This document shows positions 58,977-64,000 of a stretch of DNA of 64,000 nt, one piece after another. The stretch's first letter is position 1; the number at the start of each line of letters is the position of its first letter. The translations under genes were made by a program, and so were the position numbers. The notes beneath the pieces were generated by a model that was given only the letters and a program-made list of their open reading frames with translations, made no database searches and was not told the DNA's origin. The stretch spans positions 124,001-188,000 of the IMG/VR virus record IMGVR_UViG_3300028384_001500; one strand, given 5' to 3'.

Positions 58977-61900
58977 TTAACCACAATGATAAGTACACGC
59001 CAGTAGTTTAGACTTGAACCCAAGATTACTATCTACGTCTATCGTTGAAAAGTCAATTGATTCTGTTGCTTTTGCAACTGTAAAGTTTTTTAAACTATCA
59101 CTATCTTGCTTCATTCCATGACCTTCCCTATTGCTGCTGCATATATAATCACCAACCTCAATATTTCCATTTTCGTCTGTAACAAGTAACATTCCTTCAC
59201 CGACAGCATTATAACAATGTAGACTGCCGGAAACAAATGAGTTATATTCATCCCAAAGCCCGGTATAAACTCCTACTACTGCTTTATCTTTTGCAGACGT
59301 TGTTGTTTCAAATTCTACCCAAGCGTTAGATATATCGTTTGGCGAGTTTGATTTATGGACAACATTGCCGGTCGATTTTACAATACTACCTAGTTTATAA
59401 TCTAAACTTCCGCTTAACTTTACACCCGGGTGATTTCCCGTGAAAGTTCCGTATATGACTTCGCTGTGTATACTACCTACAAGTGTTCCATTCTGAGTAA
59501 AAGTAATCCAATAATTAGTCGTACCCATAGACTGATCAGCTGAGTCTATTCTCATTATTCTTTGGCCTGTTCCCATAATTGTATCGTTAGAGTCAATGTA
59601 AAACATTCCAACTTTATCACCTGATCCGTCTGTAGTATTGTATGCACTAGTAAATCTTGCAAAAGTATTACCGCTATCAGCAATGTATAACTCGTTTCCT
59701 CCTGCATCCAACGTAATGTCACCTGATACGTCTAAAGTATAATCACCAGTTACAGCAGCTGTCACACCTGAGAGTTGAGGTATATTATATGCAAGTTTAG
59801 TTACACCTGCTGATTTAAAAGTTATATCTGCGCCCCCGGCATCCAACGTAATGTCACCTGAAACATCTAGTGTAAGATTTCCTGTTGCATCAATTGAATC
59901 ATTTGTCCCATCAACGTTAAAACCTAGATAATTATTACCTCCATCACCAAAGTAAATTTGACCGCCATCTGCATCTAAAGTAATATCGCCAGTACAATCT
60001 AGTGTAAAATTACCTGCAACATCCATTTCAGGAGTACTATCTAGATTAAATGTCATCCTAGTTGTGTTATTATTTTTAAGCACAACTTGAGGCACAACGT
60101 CTGTTGCATTTAAAATTATACCACTTCCTGTTATTGCGTACGCACCAGTTGTTTCTATTCCAACCGGGTCGACACCAGAACCTCCGATATTGTATGTGAT
60201 TCTTGTATTTCCAGAATCTTTAAAATAAATTTGATCACCGCCGGCGTCTAGTGTAATATCTCCTGACGCGTCAATAATGTATGCGCCAACAACATCAACC
60301 TCTACAGCACCGGCGTTTGGAATATTATGTGTTAACTTTGTAATACCGCCTGATTTAAAGACAATGTCAGTACCAGCAGCGTCCAATATAATATCTGTAG
60401 AAGCGTCTAGCGTCATATCTCCTGTTGAATATATTCCTAATGGGCTTGGAGATATAATTCTAGGTGTTGAGTCTAATTCAAATGTTAACTCTGTCACTCC
60501 TGACCCATTAAATTTAATTTCATCACTACCTGCGTCAAAAGTTAATCCACCACTCCCAGTCAATGCATAATTTCCAACAACATCTACTTCAACTGCACCT
60601 AGTTGAGGAATATTGTAAGTTAATTTTGTAGTACCGCTATCTTTAAAATAAATCTGATCACCGGCTGCATCTAGCGTAATATCTCCAGAAGAGTCTAGAG
60701 TTATACTCCCGTCTGCAGACAAGCTCATATTACCTGATGTGCCATCATTATCGTAGGTTGACAGTGTTGTACTTCCGTTTGCAGCAACTTGAATTCTAAA
60801 ATAATCGTTTGAATTGGTGTCGTCATAAATTGACATGGAAGTGTTATCCATGTCAAAAAGAAAATGATTGGTTCCGCCATCCTTAAAATCTATTTGACCG
60901 CCACCCGCATCGATGACGATGTCACCTCCGCAGTCAATAGTAAAGTTACCATTAATATCTAATTCAGGTGTTGAATCTAGATTAAATGTAAATCGTGTAT
61001 TGCCTTGACCGTCATCCATAGTTATCTGATCACCGTCTGCTGATAGAGCAATATCCCCGGAAGCATCTAAAGTGATATCACCAGTTGCATTTAAATCAAT
61101 ATATCCATCAATGTTTGCAATTAATCGAGCATTTGATGCAGCATTATCTACTGTCGTTAAAGTAACACCGCCGTTAGGTACAACCTGGATGTCAAAATAA
61201 TCACCGGTGTCTGCATCGTCTCTCATTCTAAATCGACCGTTGTCTAAGTCAAAATTAAAAATTGTGTTATTACTATTATCAACAAAGTTTATGTCACCTG
61301 TTAAACTATCAAGTGTAATAGAACCATCGACTTCAAAAGTCAAGTCGCCACTGGTTCCGTCATTGTCATTTGTTGATATTGTACTGGCACCATTTGTGTC
61401 CACTTTAAATTTTAAATAGTCACTGCTAGTTACATCATCATAGATTGTTAGTTCTGTATTGTCCATGTCAAAAAGAAAGTGTGTAGAAGTACTATCTTTT
61501 ATTGTTAAAGAACCTCCATCTGCGTTAAGAACCATTGTTCCTGATCCGTCAATAGTAAAGTTACCTGTGACGTCTATTGTTGGAGTTGCATCTAAATTAA
61601 ATCTAAATCTTTCATTGCCGGCGGCTTTAAAATAAATTTGATCCCCGTCAGCATCTAGTATAATATCCCCTGCCACGTCAAGGGTTAACTGACCTGAAGC
61701 AACATCAATTTCAGCGTCGTCTGTAAAGTTAATATTCCCTTCAAGGTGCAAATCTTGCCATGCAGCCGTTGTAGATCCTAAGTCATAGGTGTCGTCTGCA
61801 CCAGGCAATATCCTACCTGTCACAGTTAAGTCGCTACCGTCAAACGTCAAATTTGTTTCGGCATTCATCCCATCGGTACCAGTTGCAGTTACAATTCTGT

Positions 61901-62588
61901 TATTTGCACCATTACTCATGAAATCAGAGACGTCGACAGCAAATTGCATATCGTAAGGATCAGCATCTGTACCGTCTGAAGTGTCTGTCCAGTTAATCTC
62001 AATGCCAGTTCCTTCTCTAAATTTTACTTCTTTATTCTCTGTAATTGTTACTTCTGTACCAGCTCCGTCTTCTAAAACAAATCCTGAACCCATTGTATTT
62101 TCTGTTACAAAACCACTGTCATTGTTAAAACCTGATAAATTAATGCTCCCTTTAGTCAACTTTTTATGAACGTTGCTGTTATTGACTACAACAAAATGAT
62201 CTCCATCACCATCAGTTGTTGATGTTGGTATTTCTGAAAGATCTAGCTGTATATATGGTGTTGATGTTGGTGTAGTAATATCCAACCCAGTCCCAACAGA
62301 TACTTCTGTTACTGTTCCGACTGCCTCACCAGAAGATGCATCGATTGTAATTTGTCCATTAGAAGCAGATGTAATTGTTATGTTGTCACCGGCAACTAAA
62401 TAAGACTTACCTTGGCGTGTGTGGTGTATTGAACCGCTTATAGTTGATGCGAATTCGTCACTAGACAAACCTACTTGTAGTGTATTTGGAAAGATTACTT
62501 TATTAATATTACCTGCAGAATTAATCTCTTTAAACGATTGCGTTTTTTTAATATCGTCGACACTTTTCTTGCTAGTGTTTTTACCCAT
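58977..62588 (-). CDS. Tail fibre with repeated beta units and a C-terminal chaperone/autocleavage-like domain
   Basis: About 13 GDITLDAxGxxIxFK repeats; C-terminal FTGNH...AVGEG...NGNIEVGDYICSS..GHGMKQ (peptidase G2-like). Confidence 0.8.
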   Translation of the reverse strand: MGKNTSKKSVDDIKKTQSFKEINSAGNINKVIFPNTLQVGLSSDEFASTISGSIHHTRQGKSYLVAGDNITITSASNGQITIDASSGEAVGTVTEVSVGTGLDITTPTSTPYIQLDLSEIPTSTTDGDGDHFVVVNNSNVHKKLTKGSINLSGFNNDSGFVTENTMGSGFVLEDGAGTEVTITENKEVKFREGTGIEINWTDTSDGTDADPYDMQFAVDVSDFMSNGANNRIVTATGTDGMNAETNLTFDGSDLTVTGRILPGADDTYDLGSTTAAWQDLHLEGNINFTDDAEIDVASGQLTLDVAGDIILDADGDQIYFKAAGNERFRFNLDATPTIDVTGNFTIDGSGTMVLNADGGSLTIKDSTSTHFLFDMDNTELTIYDDVTSSDYLKFKVDTNGASTISTNDNDGTSGDLTFEVDGSITLDSLTGDINFVDNSNNTIFNFDLDNGRFRMRDDADTGDYFDIQVVPNGGVTLTTVDNAASNARLIANIDGYIDLNATGDITLDASGDIALSADGDQITMDDGQGNTRFTFNLDSTPELDINGNFTIDCGGDIVIDAGGGQIDFKDGGTNHFLFDMDNTSMSIYDDTNSNDYFRIQVAANGSTTLSTYDNDGTSGNMSLSADGSITLDSSGDITLDAAGDQIYFKDSGTTKLTYNIPQLGAVEVDVVGNYALTGSGGLTFDAGSDEIKFNGSGVTELTFELDSTPRIISPSPLGIYSTGDMTLDASTDIILDAAGTDIVFKSGGITKLTHNIPNAGAVEVDVVGAYIIDASGDITLDAGGDQIYFKDSGNTRITYNIGGSGVDPVGIETTGAYAITGSGIILNATDVVPQVVLKNNNTTRMTFNLDSTPEMDVAGNFTLDCTGDITLDADGGQIYFGDGGNNYLGFNVDGTNDSIDATGNLTLDVSGDITLDAGGADITFKSAGVTKLAYNIPQLSGVTAAVTGDYTLDVSGDITLDAGGNELYIADSGNTFARFTSAYNTTDGSGDKVGMFYIDSNDTIMGTGQRIMRIDSADQSMGTTNYWITFTQNGTLVGSIHSEVIYGTFTGNHPGVKLSGSLDYKLGSIVKSTGNVVHKSNSPNDISNAWVEFETTTSAKDKAVVGVYTGLWDEYNSFVSGSLHCYNAVGEGMLLVTDENGNIEVGDYICSSNREGHGMKQDSDSLKNFTVAKATESIDFSTIDVDSNLGFKSKLLACTYHCG
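59680..61690 (-). repeat. Degenerate coding repeats of the tail fibre
   Basis: Recurrent GDITLDA(G/D/A)G(D/G)QIYFK; DNA repeat gcatccaacgtaatgtcacctga near 59704 and 59839. Confidence 0.75.
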
Positions 62589-64000
62589 TATACAACCTCG
62601 ACAGTTTCTGTTCCATACGTTCTGTTTCTTGCAGTATTATCATCAAAGAAAGGCAAAGAAGACGTTGCAAATAAGCTTAAATTAGAGCTTTGAAATAACT
62701 CCTCCGAGGTGCCGTCAATATCGCCTGCTTTAATTAAACTAAACTTTCTAAAGTTTAAATTTTCTTCATCGTAATCATCTTCAACAAATTTAATTCTTAC
62801 AGCAGCTTCTGTAATAGTTTGGTTGCCCCTTTCAATTACTCTTTTAAATTTACCATCTAAACCTTGACGTAGATTATCAATGTAAAAACCGTAGTGTTTT
62901 TTATTAAAATAATACTTTGGTCTACCACCTAAATTTTTAATTCCGGTGCCAGGTAGCATTAAAGTTGTTGCTAAAGTTTGAGCCACACCATAAGCGTTTA
63001 GATTACCACTTCCGTTATCTGTTAAATTTTTCTGGAATTTTGTATCAGCATCGCTAAACTGCCTATCCGGATCCACAAAACTTTCAAATCTATTAATTTG
63101 TGGTAAAAGTAAGTTTTTTCCAAAGTCATTATTAAATCGACTAGTTAATGTTGAATTTGTAGTAAACTGTGTAATACTTAATACATTACCTGGGTATATA
63201 AAAGCAGGTATTGGTAAAGCGTCACTATAGGGCTTAGCTTTGATTCTTTGTATTGGGTTTATTCCTATAACATAATTAGCATGAGTAGTATTTAATAGGT
63301 TATCATCAAAAAAAGCTATATTTCTACCTATAACATAAGATACATTATTGTCAGTATCAAGTGTAGAAAAAGAAAATTGATCAGAAAAACTACCAGTTAA
63401 CTCACCCCTTGTTTCAATCTGCCACTGATCGATCACCGGTTCACTTCCAATAACCTCATGCACTACATTTGATGTAAGGTTTTGATTCAGACCTTCGTGG
63501 AATTCTTTACCGTCTTTTACTTGCGAACCAAACAATTCTATATTTGTTATTCCTTTTAAAGTCATACTAAATTCATCAAACTCATCGTCACCCGAACCAA
63601 TCCCGGCATCGGATTTCCTAGGTAGCGGATATTGCCAGCCAATAATTAATTCATCTTCAGGAAATATTAAATAAGGTGAAGTTCGATCAAAAGAATTTAA
63701 ACCTGCTATTTTTAAAGTTTTTGTCAACTCTGTTGTCAATCCGTCTGCTATATTAATTTCTTTTGTTTCTAATAATGTCAAATTAGGATTAAATGCTGAA
63801 CTAATATTTCTACTCAAACTATTAACTGTTATTGGTGTTCTTCCTCCTGCAGAATCTAATATTACCGTGTAATCTGTTCCACTTTTACCTATGTCAAATG
63901 TAGAAAAAACATCTTGGGATATAATGGGGCTTCGACATGGAAATTCCATGGTTAGTTGATTTATTTCTAAATTATTAGTGCTTGACGTTATTGTTAAAAG
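62588..64000 (-). CDS. 3' part of a large virion structural protein (starts beyond the window)
   Basis: Frame is open from 64000 through 63949 (LLTITSSTNNLEINQLTMEF...); SPYLIFPEDELIIGWQ, FQSSNLSLFATSSLPFFD. Confidence 0.65.
   Translation of the reverse strand, partial: LLTITSSTNNLEINQLTMEFPCRSPIISQDVFSTFDIGKSGTDYTVILDSAGGRTPITVNSLSRNISSAFNPNLTLLETKEINIADGLTTELTKTLKIAGLNSFDRTSPYLIFPEDELIIGWQYPLPRKSDAGIGSGDDEFDEFSMTLKGITNIELFGSQVKDGKEFHEGLNQNLTSNVVHEVIGSEPVIDQWQIETRGELTGSFSDQFSFSTLDTDNNVSYVIGRNIAFFDDNLLNTTHANYVIGINPIQRIKAKPYSDALPIPAFIYPGNVLSITQFTTNSTLTSRFNNDFGKNLLLPQINRFESFVDPDRQFSDADTKFQKNLTDNGSGNLNAYGVAQTLATTLMLPGTGIKNLGGRPKYYFNKKHYGFYIDNLRQGLDGKFKRVIERGNQTITEAAVRIKFVEDDYDEENLNFRKFSLIKAGDIDGTSEELFQSSNLSLFATSSLPFFDDNTARNRTYGTETVEVV

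Noticed and set aside
59680-61690. Tail fibre repeats as a diversity-generating retroelement TR/VR pair
   Set aside because: No reverse transcriptase in the window and no adenine-specific mismatch pattern seen; these are ordinary coding repeats.
1-64000. Genome-wide stop-codon reassignment (TGA=Trp/Gly or TAG=Gln)
   Set aside because: Core genes are full length in code 11, TGA and TAG end genes at tight junctions, and Trp is encoded by TGG. Only the TGA at 12093 appears to be read through.
1-64000. tRNA (including tRNA-Sec), sel genes, introns or inteins
   Set aside because: No intergenic gap with a cloverleaf was seen, no SelA/B/D motifs, and terL, portal and primase are uninterrupted. Sec machinery would have to come from the host or elsewhere in the genome.

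Overview
AT-rich segment of a large T4-like/jumbo myovirus genome in the standard genetic code, almost entirely on the minus strand. It covers the virion morphogenesis region: tail fibre and baseplate genes, terminase, portal, prohead protease, scaffold, major capsid, neck and tail completion proteins, two tandem tail sheaths, tube, tail chaperone and the start of a probable tape measure. Replication/recombination genes (primase, RuvC-like resolvase, fused SbcD-SbcC) and a separately promoted MoxR AAA/vWA island are interleaved. Main discovery: an ORF missed by the ORF track (12242->11838) has an in-frame UGA followed by a hairpin matching the bacterial SECIS consensus, i.e. a candidate phage-encoded selenoprotein. 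It lies in an array of about 12 genes sharing an N-terminal MK(I/L)TxxQL(R/K)xLIxE leader, a likely capsid-targeting and protease-cleaved signal. Their cargo domains include kinase-like, GNAT-like, zincin and Cys-cluster proteins. Other signals are a probable +1/-2 programmed frameshift in the tail chaperone, a PAP2-Fic fusion, a GC-rich pseudoknot-like leader RNA and two promoter classes. No tRNA, rRNA or CRISPR array was seen. All family assignments come from motif recognition by eye, not from database searches.
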